Source: an uncultured archaeon
Lineage (GTDB): Archaea > Asgardarchaeota > Thorarchaeia > Thorarchaeales > CAZPUN01
Direction of reading: 5' to 3'
Length of the DNA stretch: 32,000 nt
Assembly: GCA_964589775.1 (NCBI GenBank)
Contig: CAZPUN010000021.1
Span: 90,001 to 122,000, forward strand
Below are positions 18,085-27,129 of the stretch, in pieces. How positions within the stretch are numbered: position 1 is the stretch's first letter; each line of letters starts with the position of its first letter. The position numbers and the translations under genes are program-made. Below the pieces are notes generated by a model, which was given only the letters and a program-made list of their open reading frames with translations, was not told the DNA's origin and did not search any database.

Positions 18085-20295
18085 ATTCTATCTCAAAAAA
18101 AGGATTTCGAGAAAGACTCAATTGTACAACATTTAAAACAATTTGGATTATCAACATATGAAGCGGCTGTCATGTCCATATTATTATATTCTGATAAGCC
18201 GCTTTCTGGGAATGAAGTTGCAAAGCAAATTGGAATTACGCGTTATTATGTTTTTGAAATTTTGAAAAAATTATCTGAACGTGACTATATTACAGTAACT
18301 CCAACTCGTCCAAAATTATATTCTTTTTCAACATCCATTTTACAAGATAAAATTTCAGAAACGGAATTATACTATGATAATTTAATTAAATCTGTTCAAC
18401 GGAACGGTCCATTCGTGGTTCTCTCTGAATTAAAAGACTTTAATACAAATGCTGAGCGTATATATGTTGCATTAAAGGGAAGAAATCATACTGTACAATC
18501 TATTTCCAAAGTTACTGGAATTCCCCATTATACTGTGCGACAAATATTGAAACAATTTGTACAATATAATTTAGTTCGTACCCGAAGATCAAATAAATCA
18601 ATTCTTTATTTTCTTTATCCGTCAGAAATAGCAAGTGAAAAATTAGTTGAGTATCTTACTGAACTAAAAGAGAAACGAATTAAAACTCTATATGCTGCAT
18701 ACAATAAAATTGTAAGTCACGTTAAGAATAAAGAGCGAATCCTTGATGAAGAAATCAAAATAATTGAAGTAACCGGGCTCGAAAATGTAATAAAGCGCGT
18801 GCGTTTCATCATTCAAAAGTCTTCCAAAATCTTAAGTATTAGAGGTAAAAGATTATTTGACGCAATTTTGAATAGCCGAAACAAAAAAGAGGTCTTTTAT
18901 GAGTTCAACTTGTATCTTGATGAGGTCACTCGGTTTGTTAGAAGAAATGGAGAACTCAATATTATATTCAGTAATTATTATTTGAATGCAGAAAAATTCG
19001 GGAAGATGTTTAATGTTTTGGCGAAGTATAAAGATGTTATTGATGCTAGATTATTTAATGGACCGACATATGATATTGATATTATTGATGGCAAAACGAT
19101 TATTGAATACTTGGGTGGAACCCCATTCAAGGCGATCATAATAAATCATCCTCAATTTGTAAACGCACAAGTTGGTATGTTTAATTTATTATGGGAAAAA
19201 AGTCAAAATTTCTATTATGCGTATGAAAGATCATCTTCAGACATATTTAATAATGATTATGAACTATTAATTGAATCTCTCCCAGTATTACGTGGTGAAA
19301 ATGGAATTAATGTTGTAAACTCCTTCAATAACGCCATAAAAATTTGGTTTTATCTTGTAAAAAATGCAAAACAGCGAATTTATCATGTGCGTTATTATCC
19401 CGAAAATAAGGAATTTAATATGACGTATTTTCAAGATGCATACTCCCTTATCTATAATAAGGGTCGTGAGAATATTGATATTAAAATAATTAGTAACTTT
19501 CCGAATTATTTGATTAAAAAGATCGATAATGACCTCCGCTTACAAAACTTAAAAGTTGAATCTGTAAAAACGCACATTCATTATAATTTAAATAAGCACA
19601 TTGGTTTTGATATCATAGATGATTTCGTATTAATTATATTTCATCCTGATGATTATTCGAAATTTGAAGACTATAAATTAATTATTGTACGTGATGATAT
19701 ACTACTTAATTTCATGATCCATGACTTTTTGGCTATGTGGCGTAATTCTTATGACTCAAAGTTTCTTATATTTCCATACGTAAACAATCTTAATATGAAA
19801 AAAGAATTAATGCAAGTTCTAGATAATGATTTATTATCAAAACTTAAATCTTCAATTCCGATTCAATTGGGTAAGATCGGCTTAACTGGATTCATAAAAT
19901 TATTTTTAATTGCTGAAAAATCTATTTCTGTGATTGCACCTTGTAAATCTGACTTTGCTTCTGCATTTGGTATATATTCATTTGATGAGCTCGCCACATA
20001 TATTTCAAAAACTCCTGAAGAAATACGGATAATTGTAACTGATGATGAATTAATGCCTTATATAAAGTCTTTTACCGATAATGTAAAGACTAATCTGAAA
20101 CTTCACAAATTTACTTCTAAAATAGGTCCATTAACAAGCTATATTATAATTGATAATAAATATGTTCTTCAAATTTGGAAATCTGAAATCGATTTACTAT
20201 ATGATTATATTATCTATAAGCTTCCTCAATTTGTGAATCGTGCTATTCAACATTTTGAGTATGCATGGACTAACAGTGAAGAAGTCATTATCTAA
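18085..20295 (+). CDS. Large TrmB-like regulator: 2 wHTH plus 3 TrmB/PLD-like effector domains; start uncertain, upstream of ATG 18172
   Basis: In-frame LKQFGLSTYEAAV lies upstream of 18172; second wHTH SISKVTGIPHYTVRQILKQF; three IID...F...W..S domains. Confidence 0.78.
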   Translation: MLSQKKDFEKDSIVQHLKQFGLSTYEAAVMSILLYSDKPLSGNEVAKQIGITRYYVFEILKKLSERDYITVTPTRPKLYSFSTSILQDKISETELYYDNLIKSVQRNGPFVVLSELKDFNTNAERIYVALKGRNHTVQSISKVTGIPHYTVRQILKQFVQYNLVRTRRSNKSILYFLYPSEIASEKLVEYLTELKEKRIKTLYAAYNKIVSHVKNKERILDEEIKIIEVTGLENVIKRVRFIIQKSSKILSIRGKRLFDAILNSRNKKEVFYEFNLYLDEVTRFVRRNGELNIIFSNYYLNAEKFGKMFNVLAKYKDVIDARLFNGPTYDIDIIDGKTIIEYLGGTPFKAIIINHPQFVNAQVGMFNLLWEKSQNFYYAYERSSSDIFNNDYELLIESLPVLRGENGINVVNSFNNAIKIWFYLVKNAKQRIYHVRYYPENKEFNMTYFQDAYSLIYNKGRENIDIKIISNFPNYLIKKIDNDLRLQNLKVESVKTHIHYNLNKHIGFDIIDDFVLIIFHPDDYSKFEDYKLIIVRDDILLNFMIHDFLAMWRNSYDSKFLIFPYVNNLNMKKELMQVLDNDLLSKLKSSIPIQLGKIGLTGFIKLFLIAEKSISVIAPCKSDFASAFGIYSFDELATYISKTPEEIRIIVTDDELMPYIKSFTDNVKTNLKLHKFTSKIGPLTSYIIIDNKYVLQIWKSEIDLLYDYIIYKLPQFVNRAIQHFEYAWTNSEEVII

Positions 20296-21082
20296 TCTTG
20301 TAAATTTCAGTGGTTTCATCAATCTTTATTATATTTGGCGTAAATCCAGTAAAATTAACACTTATGACTGATATATCCGACTTAAATCCTTGTCGTAATC
20401 GTGCGATATATTTTTCATTTAGATTTACTAATCTGTTTAATGCTGGATCAATTTGAATCCATTTGCCATTGACATATGCTTCTAACCATGCATGTCCTAT
20501 TGTTTCTCCATCCTGTTTATAGTAATATCCAACAATTCGTCTTGCTGGAATTAAGAGTTGCCGTAATATCGAAATTGTTAAATCGGAAAATTCGTCGCAA
20601 TCCCCTTCTAATGTTTGCATGACTTTTTTGGCACCCAGTCTCTCTGTCAGATTAGTTCTCAATTTGATTTTTGAATTTACGAATTTATTTGTTAAAATAA
20701 TTTTTTCATCGTCCGGGTGAGATCTGATAGATGTAATGAATTCTTGAAGATCTGGTATAAATTCCCAGAATTTTCGTTCTTTTAGATATTCATTTTTCCA
20801 TGCTATTTTCAAAGATTCGTCCGATATGAAATTTCGATTTGTTTCAACAATTAGTTCCGCTGTAAATTCTCTCGATTCATTCGGATTAAAATTTTTAATT
20901 TTCAGTCTTGCAAAGCTATTTCCTTCTGATTTGTGTATTATACGCATTAATGGCTGAATTGTTATTTTTCTAACGTGCTGCCAAGGTACCTTTGTATTTA
21001 GCGCCCATAGACCATTTATATTAGTAATCAAGCGGTCACATTGATTTTGTAATTTTAATTTATATATTATTTTAAAAATCAT
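20288..21082 (-). CDS. Transglutaminase-like (papain-fold) protein
   Basis: Cys-His-Asp triad in GDCDEFSDL, HAWLEAY and WIQIDP. Confidence 0.88.
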   Translation of the reverse strand: MIFKIIYKLKLQNQCDRLITNINGLWALNTKVPWQHVRKITIQPLMRIIHKSEGNSFARLKIKNFNPNESREFTAELIVETNRNFISDESLKIAWKNEYLKERKFWEFIPDLQEFITSIRSHPDDEKIILTNKFVNSKIKLRTNLTERLGAKKVMQTLEGDCDEFSDLTISILRQLLIPARRIVGYYYKQDGETIGHAWLEAYVNGKWIQIDPALNRLVNLNEKYIARLRQGFKSDISVISVNFTGFTPNIIKIDETTEIYKIR

Positions 21083-21164
21083 AAATCTACCAAACCTCAC
21101 TACATAAATAGTTTTATACTACTTTATTATAAATTTCTCTTAGAAATGTGTCGAGGAGCCCGAT

Positions 21165-22613
21165 ATGCCTCTTAAAGATGATGAACCCTTAGAAACTGAT
21201 GAGAAAATGATTTCTGATCTACTTGATGAACTTGAAGTTCCTGAAGATTTGAAAGCTGAAATTAAAACCGGAAAGATAAAGCAAAAATTCATCAAAACTG
21301 AAAGTGTAGATGTTGCACGATACAAATTGGATCTTGATAAAGCATCCGGGAAGCTAAGGAGCTCTCCAGAGCCATATCTTGATATTTCTAAAAATCTCAA
21401 TAAGCTTAGTGAGCATCTAGAAGTGGATATTGTTCCGGTTCTGTTGAAATTCTATGTTACACTTAAGGGTGAACTATCTGTTGTAAAAGAATCGATATTG
21501 GCAAGAGCAAAATCTCGTGCAAAAATGTCACTTATTAAAATGTTTATTGATAAGGATCTTTCATATATCATCGATGATGAATTTTCAAATATTGAATCCA
21601 AATCTGGTAGTGAAGTTTTAGAGCCGGTTCTTAATCAAGTACGTGATGTTGCAGATAAACTAAAGAAGTATGATCGTGAAATCAGAAATAATGTAGCTGA
21701 ACAACAAAGAACTATAGAAGCATATATTGGGACCGTTTTAAGTGTAGTTGATGATATTTCTAAGTTAGTTGAAAATATTGATGTAGTTGAGCTACAAAAG
21801 CAGCTTAGAGAACGCGATGGTATTATAGAAGCTCTTCGTACGGAATTATCGACTAAAAATATGCAGCTAAAGGCTCGGGAAAAAGAAATTGAAAATCTCA
21901 AAGCAAGAATAAATGAGCTACAAGCAAGAGTTGATGAATTAGAAGAAAATATGGCATCTGGGGAAGCAATTACTCCAGGTTATGTGTCTGAATTGCGTGA
22001 AAAAGTTCGTGCTTTAGAAGCTTCTCGTTCGTTACTTATGAGTAAATATGAAGATGCTTTAAAGCACATTGAAGAATCTGAATCAGAAATCAAAGAATTA
22101 TCTGATGCTTTAGCCCATAAGAAAATTGAACTTGAAGATGCTTTGTATAGAATTCGCTCATTGGAAAGTGAGATTGAGGAATTACGTAAGCGACTTGCAA
22201 AAGTTACAGAACTTGAAGACGAAATAAAGAAGCTAAAAAGTAGAGATCTAACTCATCTTCTAGAACTAAAGGAACAAGATCTTAATGTTATGAAAATACA
22301 ACTAGAACGTGCAACAAAGGAGCGCGACGAATATAAGCAAGAACTCGATGAGTTAAAGGCACGTATGGAAAAGTTAGACTTGCTAATTGAGCGTGATGCA
22401 AAAACCATGGCGTATAAAGTATTAGAAAAACAAAAGCAATCTACCATTCGTGATTTGGCTCGACCCCTGGGTGTATCCCCGTCCACAGTTCGAACATGGA
22501 TGAATGAATTTCAGACTCTTGGCTTAGTAAAGTATATTGATGATAATACTGTTGAAATTATTGAGGAACCCTTACCTGCTGCAGAAGATGAAGAAAATAA
22601 AGAAAGTACGTGA
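21165..22613 (+). CDS. Long coiled-coil protein with C-terminal winged HTH
   Basis: Heptad E/K/L-rich region over more than 200 aa; STIRDLARPLGVSPSTVRTWMNEFQTLGLVKY; GAGGAG upstream. Confidence 0.8.
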   Translation: MPLKDDEPLETDEKMISDLLDELEVPEDLKAEIKTGKIKQKFIKTESVDVARYKLDLDKASGKLRSSPEPYLDISKNLNKLSEHLEVDIVPVLLKFYVTLKGELSVVKESILARAKSRAKMSLIKMFIDKDLSYIIDDEFSNIESKSGSEVLEPVLNQVRDVADKLKKYDREIRNNVAEQQRTIEAYIGTVLSVVDDISKLVENIDVVELQKQLRERDGIIEALRTELSTKNMQLKAREKEIENLKARINELQARVDELEENMASGEAITPGYVSELREKVRALEASRSLLMSKYEDALKHIEESESEIKELSDALAHKKIELEDALYRIRSLESEIEELRKRLAKVTELEDEIKKLKSRDLTHLLELKEQDLNVMKIQLERATKERDEYKQELDELKARMEKLDLLIERDAKTMAYKVLEKQKQSTIRDLARPLGVSPSTVRTWMNEFQTLGLVKYIDDNTVEIIEEPLPAAEDEENKEST

Positions 22614-22625
22614 GGGTATGCATAA

Positions 22626-23702
22626 TTGAATATTCAGCGAAATAAGATACTCTATGCAGATCCCACACAACTTCGAGAAGCCGAAATGTATGAGTCATTA
22701 CCAGATGGCTCTGTAAAATGTAACTTATGTGCTAGGCGGTGTATCATAAAACCTGGTCGCGTAGGTATTTGCCGTGTTCGAGCTAATATTGACGGAAAAT
22801 TGTATTCGCTAAATTATGGACGATTAAATGGTATGTATCCAGATCCTATAGAGAAAAAACCTCTATTTCATTTTGCACCCGGTTCGATTACTTTTTCCGT
22901 TAGCACACCTGGCTGTAATTTCCGGTGTCAATTCTGTCAAAATCATCACACGGTATATGAACCAATTGACCATACATCGTTTATACCTCCAGAAGTCATT
23001 GTATCTATGGCACAACGGAGCAATTCTCAAGGAATAAGTTATACCTATTCTGAGCCTACTGTATTTTTTGAAACCGTGCTAGATACAAGTAAAATCGCTC
23101 ATGAACTTGGACTTTACAACACATTAGTCACGAATGGCTATATGACTCCTGAAGCTATTGATTTATTAGCTCCTTATATTGATGCAGTAAGTGTGGATTT
23201 TAAGGGCTCCGGTAATACATTCTTCTATCGGCGATATATGGGTGTTCCATATCCTGATCCTATTTTTGATGCATTATTGGCGTACAAAAAACATGGAATT
23301 CATATTGAAATTACAAATTTGATATTACCTCAGATAGGTGATTATCCGGAAGATACTAAGCGAATTGCTCGTTGGGTTGCCGATAATCTTGGTGAAAATA
23401 CACCATTTCATATAACTGCATTTCATCCTGCTTTTAAAATTCGTAATATTCCTCGGACATCATCAAAATTACTCTTGAAGCATTTAGAAATTGTACGTAA
23501 TGAGGGGTTACAATTTGTATATTCCGGAAATATTCCCGGTATGAGTACCGAAAGTACTTATTGTCCTAATTGTAATGAACTTGTGATTAGCAGATATAGT
23601 GTTTTCTTAAGTTCTAATAAAGCTACTGAGGATGGTCGATGTCCCAAGTGTGGTGCAGATCTTAATATCGCAGGACTAAACTGGATGCGGAGGAGTACAT
23701 AA
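22626..23702 (+). CDS. amrS: AmmeMemoRadiSam system radical SAM enzyme
   Basis: CNLCARRC...GICRVR, DPIEKKPLFHF, CNFRCQFCQN (CxxxCxxC), TYSEP, and a C-terminal CPNC/CPKC zinc ribbon. Confidence 0.92.
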   Translation: MNIQRNKILYADPTQLREAEMYESLPDGSVKCNLCARRCIIKPGRVGICRVRANIDGKLYSLNYGRLNGMYPDPIEKKPLFHFAPGSITFSVSTPGCNFRCQFCQNHHTVYEPIDHTSFIPPEVIVSMAQRSNSQGISYTYSEPTVFFETVLDTSKIAHELGLYNTLVTNGYMTPEAIDLLAPYIDAVSVDFKGSGNTFFYRRYMGVPYPDPIFDALLAYKKHGIHIEITNLILPQIGDYPEDTKRIARWVADNLGENTPFHITAFHPAFKIRNIPRTSSKLLLKHLEIVRNEGLQFVYSGNIPGMSTESTYCPNCNELVISRYSVFLSSNKATEDGRCPKCGADLNIAGLNWMRRST

Positions 23703-24595
23703 CGAGCCTAGATCATCTAATAAAACTTTCTTGGGAAAAAGTAGGTAATGGTTATTTACCGCATTTACTTATGTGGTCCAATAGTAAAATTAAGAAGATC
23801 GCTCTAAAATTCAATGATTATTTTTCTGTTGGAATTGTTGGGCCTAAAATTTGTGTAGGCTATGTTGGTACGGACCTTTATCGGCATCCCTGCCCAGCGC
23901 ACGAAAAAATTAATGGCGGGACTCAATGTAAGTTATGTTATCAGTTAGATGTAAATGCAGTTTGTTCTCGATGTACTGGTTCTGGCTGTGATGCTAGTTC
24001 AGAACTTCAAAGTAGGTGTATTAATACTCCAACAATCGTCTATATTGCAGGATTCAAAAGTGGTGTTTTAAAAGTTGGTGTCACTCGTGAATCTCGTGGA
24101 TTATCACGTTGGCTAGAGCAGGGTGCGGATTTTGCGGTTCGATTAACCACTTGTCCTGATGGTCTCAAAGCTCGAAAAATTGAAGACTTTATATCTAGTA
24201 ATTTTGGTATTACAAAAGTTGTACGAAGAAATAAGAAAAAGTTCTTCAACTCGACTCAATATTCATTTGAATGGTTCAAACACGAATTACATAAGCTATT
24301 TTCGAAAGTGCGTGAACTCTTTGGTTGTAAAATTTCATTGGACAATATCTTTAATTTTGAGCCATTTTATGGTAAGAACATATCCGTTTCTCCTACTGAA
24401 ATTAATATTCCTCGAGATCTTTCTGATGAAATACGTGTATTAGGTAATATAGTAGCAGTCAAAGGGTCATTTGTAGTTTTGCAATATGAAAAATCTCATT
24501 ATCTTATTGACTTTTCAAAAGCTTACGGATATCATCTAAATTGGCAAAGTCAAGTCGCAATGAAAGTTCAATCGAGTTTAGAGGACTTTTTCTGA
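23699..24595 (+). CDS. DUF2797 family Cys-rich protein; start uncertain (ATA 23699 or ATG 23771)
   Basis: CVG...CP...QCKLC...C, VYIAGF, KVGVTR and RWLEQGA motifs; GGAGGAG precedes an in-frame ATA that overlaps the amrS stop. Confidence 0.78.
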   Translation: MTSLDHLIKLSWEKVGNGYLPHLLMWSNSKIKKIALKFNDYFSVGIVGPKICVGYVGTDLYRHPCPAHEKINGGTQCKLCYQLDVNAVCSRCTGSGCDASSELQSRCINTPTIVYIAGFKSGVLKVGVTRESRGLSRWLEQGADFAVRLTTCPDGLKARKIEDFISSNFGITKVVRRNKKKFFNSTQYSFEWFKHELHKLFSKVRELFGCKISLDNIFNFEPFYGKNISVSPTEINIPRDLSDEIRVLGNIVAVKGSFVVLQYEKSHYLIDFSKAYGYHLNWQSQVAMKVQSSLEDFF

Positions 24596-24661
24596 CTTTA
24601 TAATTAATTTTATATTGTTAAAAAATAACTAATATAAGATGGTATTGTATCAGGTGGGGTA

Positions 24662-25489
24662 TTGGAATTGGACAGTCCTCGATCAAATATACAGTTTATA
24701 AGTATAATCCGAAAATTCGGTGGGGAATCGCTTATTTCAGTTGAATATAGTAAAAATTCGGATATCGATGAAGATTTAATCTCTGCATTTTTACAGGCAT
24801 TTTCTATTTTTGCGGGGGCAGGCGATTCTCAAGATGGACTAAGTTCGATCGAAAAAGATGGATTTAACTATATTATTGAAACCACTGAAAAAATTCTAGG
24901 CGTAATTGTCTTAACTAAGATTGAAGATGAGCAAAATATTCGAAATAAGTTAAAGGAGTTATGTAAAGAATTTGAGGATATTTATGCATATCATTTAGAT
25001 AAATGGACTGGTAATATATCTCATTTCAGAGAATTTCTAATATATATAGTTTCTAAATTTCCACTTGCCAAAATTGATTATGATCTTGTTCCGGTAAAAT
25101 CTATAGATGGCGCAACAAAAACTGTAGGTCAAACTGCTGAAATTATTGAAACTGTTAAAAAGATGATTAACGGGAAGCGAACCGTTTTGGACATAATAAA
25201 CGCATCAGAAATTCCTGAAGAATTTGTAATCGGCGCCTTATCTTTAATGAAGCGATTTGGTGAAATTAAGTTTAAGCGGTCTATAAAAGAGGAAGATAAA
25301 CCGCGAATTGTTGCACCAATTGGACCACAACTCAGAAGATTTTACGCCGATGTGGTTGACCAGTTATCCGAGTTATGTACTGGTGAAATGACGATTAAAG
25401 AAATATCTTCCAAGTTGGGTATTGAATTTAATACTACTAAGTTTATATTAGAAAAATTAGCTGATTCAGGATATGTTGAATTCTTATAA
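24662..25489 (+). CDS. Longin-like domain plus two winged-helix domains (NPRL2-like architecture)
   Basis: Longin pattern GESLI...DEDLISAFLQAFSIFA...F...Y...WTGNISHF, then VPV...INGKRTVLDI...FGEIKF and CTGEMTIKEISSKLG...LADSGYVEF. Confidence 0.72.
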   Translation: MELDSPRSNIQFISIIRKFGGESLISVEYSKNSDIDEDLISAFLQAFSIFAGAGDSQDGLSSIEKDGFNYIIETTEKILGVIVLTKIEDEQNIRNKLKELCKEFEDIYAYHLDKWTGNISHFREFLIYIVSKFPLAKIDYDLVPVKSIDGATKTVGQTAEIIETVKKMINGKRTVLDIINASEIPEEFVIGALSLMKRFGEIKFKRSIKEEDKPRIVAPIGPQLRRFYADVVDQLSELCTGEMTIKEISSKLGIEFNTTKFILEKLADSGYVEFL

Positions 25490-25538
25490 AAATAAGTGAA
25501 GCTTTTTGCCCAGTGCCAAATATTGGTACTTCGGGCTT

Positions 25539-25946
25539 TCACATTATTTGGTGTAATATCTTCTTAATATTTCTGACAGCCTTTTTAACGTCGTTGAACA
25601 CTAATCCCAGCTTTGTATCCTGTCCAGCAGTTACAATTATTATATTATCTTTATCAACTGTCATCACAACAGTTACACCATTTTCTCCATCAATAATGAT
25701 AGCTCTAACATTCCCCTGGTTTAGATTCTGTGCTGTTTGGTTTCCTGTTGCATATAATGCAGCAGATACTGCAGCAATAAGAGCTTCATTTTCCTCTCCG
25801 GTCATATAATTAGCTACAGGTAACCCTTCAATTGTAAGAACAGCTGCAGAAGTAATAGGTGATGATTGCACTAGTTCTTTTAACTCTTCTGTAATTTTAC
25901 TTACTAACGGGCTTGATTCGTATTGGTCTGCATTATTATATCCCAT
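25539..25946 (-). CDS. Roadblock/LC7 (MglB/LAMTOR2-like) protein
   Basis: SAAVLTIEGLPVA...IAAVSAALYATG...IIIDGENG...KLGLVF pattern. Confidence 0.9.
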   Translation of the reverse strand: MGYNNADQYESSPLVSKITEELKELVQSSPITSAAVLTIEGLPVANYMTGEENEALIAAVSAALYATGNQTAQNLNQGNVRAIIIDGENGVTVVMTVDKDNIIIVTAGQDTKLGLVFNDVKKAVRNIKKILHQIM

Positions 25947-26034
25947 TCACACCTGCCCCATTTGACTAATAATATTTTATTATTTTTATTTAATACTATT
26001 TATTATTTATTTTTATCTTTTAAAAGTTGGTGTT

Positions 26035-27075
26035 TTAATTCGTTTCTATTGTATCAATTAATTTTGTACTTATTAGCCCCGGAGCTTCTATTTTTTCATT
26101 TGGTGTTTTCATGATCATTAGAACTTTTTCAGCATCCTCATGTAGTCCATGTTCTCTCAACAACTCTATAAATTTCATTCCTGTTGTAATTGTTAGTCCT
26201 TTTTCTGGTATACCATTTTTAATGGAATCTAATAATGCTTCTAATGGTATGTTTCTTACTTTTATTAAGTCATTTTTATGTTTTTCAAGGTGTTTTAGGC
26301 CTTTAACTACGATTCCTCTTAATTCCTTTTGGTCTTTTGTCTCTGGTCTTCTTTGCAATATGATCTTGTACCGCTTGATTCCATTTTCTATCAGGTCTTT
26401 AATTGTGATATATTCCCCATATTCATCAATTGGTGACTTTACAGATGTTGAAATTAGCCACGCGGTTCCGAATTCTTTTGCGTACCTTGCGCCTTTTAAT
26501 ATTTCAGATTCTGCCAGTGGGAAAAATGAACGATATGCCTTGTATTCACATGCAAGTAACCATGAGGGGTCTCTATTCTCAACTATTAGATCTGGGGTTA
26601 ATGTGTATCCGGAACCGATTTGTGGTATTGAATAATCTGCATTTGGTGCTAGGATTCGCATCAATTTTAAAAATGCAATATGGAAAATATTATGTCGTAG
26701 GTTGCGTGATTCTTGCGGATGGCGTATTCCTGCAGTATGATATAATTTCGGCATATCTGGGCTGATTCCTAATTTTCCCTTGATATATTGCTTTGCTGTG
26801 ATCCTTCCTTCTTTATGTTGTTTTTTAACTAGCTCTACTGCTGCTACATATGCAAGTGCTCGGAATAACCTTCTGCCTTCGTCAAGTAACTCATCAATTG
26901 GATCGATCGGCTCTGTATAATCTTTGGGTGGTTCCAAGCTCTCTATATCAATATATTGAGCTGCTGTATCCAAGTCACCACCCAATAGATTCAATATATT
27001 TGTGAATTTTTTTTCAAGATTTTTTGACTGTACATATTTTCGTATTGCTATTTTTTGCTTATTGCTCAAATCCAT
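26035..27075 (-). CDS. Hypothetical protein with a PD-(D/E)xK nuclease-like motif
   Basis: TPDLIV-x9-ACEYKAY, followed by a helix with Y (KGARYA) and the strand AWLIST. Confidence 0.6.
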   Translation of the reverse strand: MDLSNKQKIAIRKYVQSKNLEKKFTNILNLLGGDLDTAAQYIDIESLEPPKDYTEPIDPIDELLDEGRRLFRALAYVAAVELVKKQHKEGRITAKQYIKGKLGISPDMPKLYHTAGIRHPQESRNLRHNIFHIAFLKLMRILAPNADYSIPQIGSGYTLTPDLIVENRDPSWLLACEYKAYRSFFPLAESEILKGARYAKEFGTAWLISTSVKSPIDEYGEYITIKDLIENGIKRYKIILQRRPETKDQKELRGIVVKGLKHLEKHKNDLIKVRNIPLEALLDSIKNGIPEKGLTITTGMKFIELLREHGLHEDAEKVLMIMKTPNEKIEAPGLISTKLIDTIETN

Positions 27076-27129
27076 TTTTTTCCCTGTTACTATTTTTTTG
27101 AATTGAAATAAATTTAGATTCTGATATTT

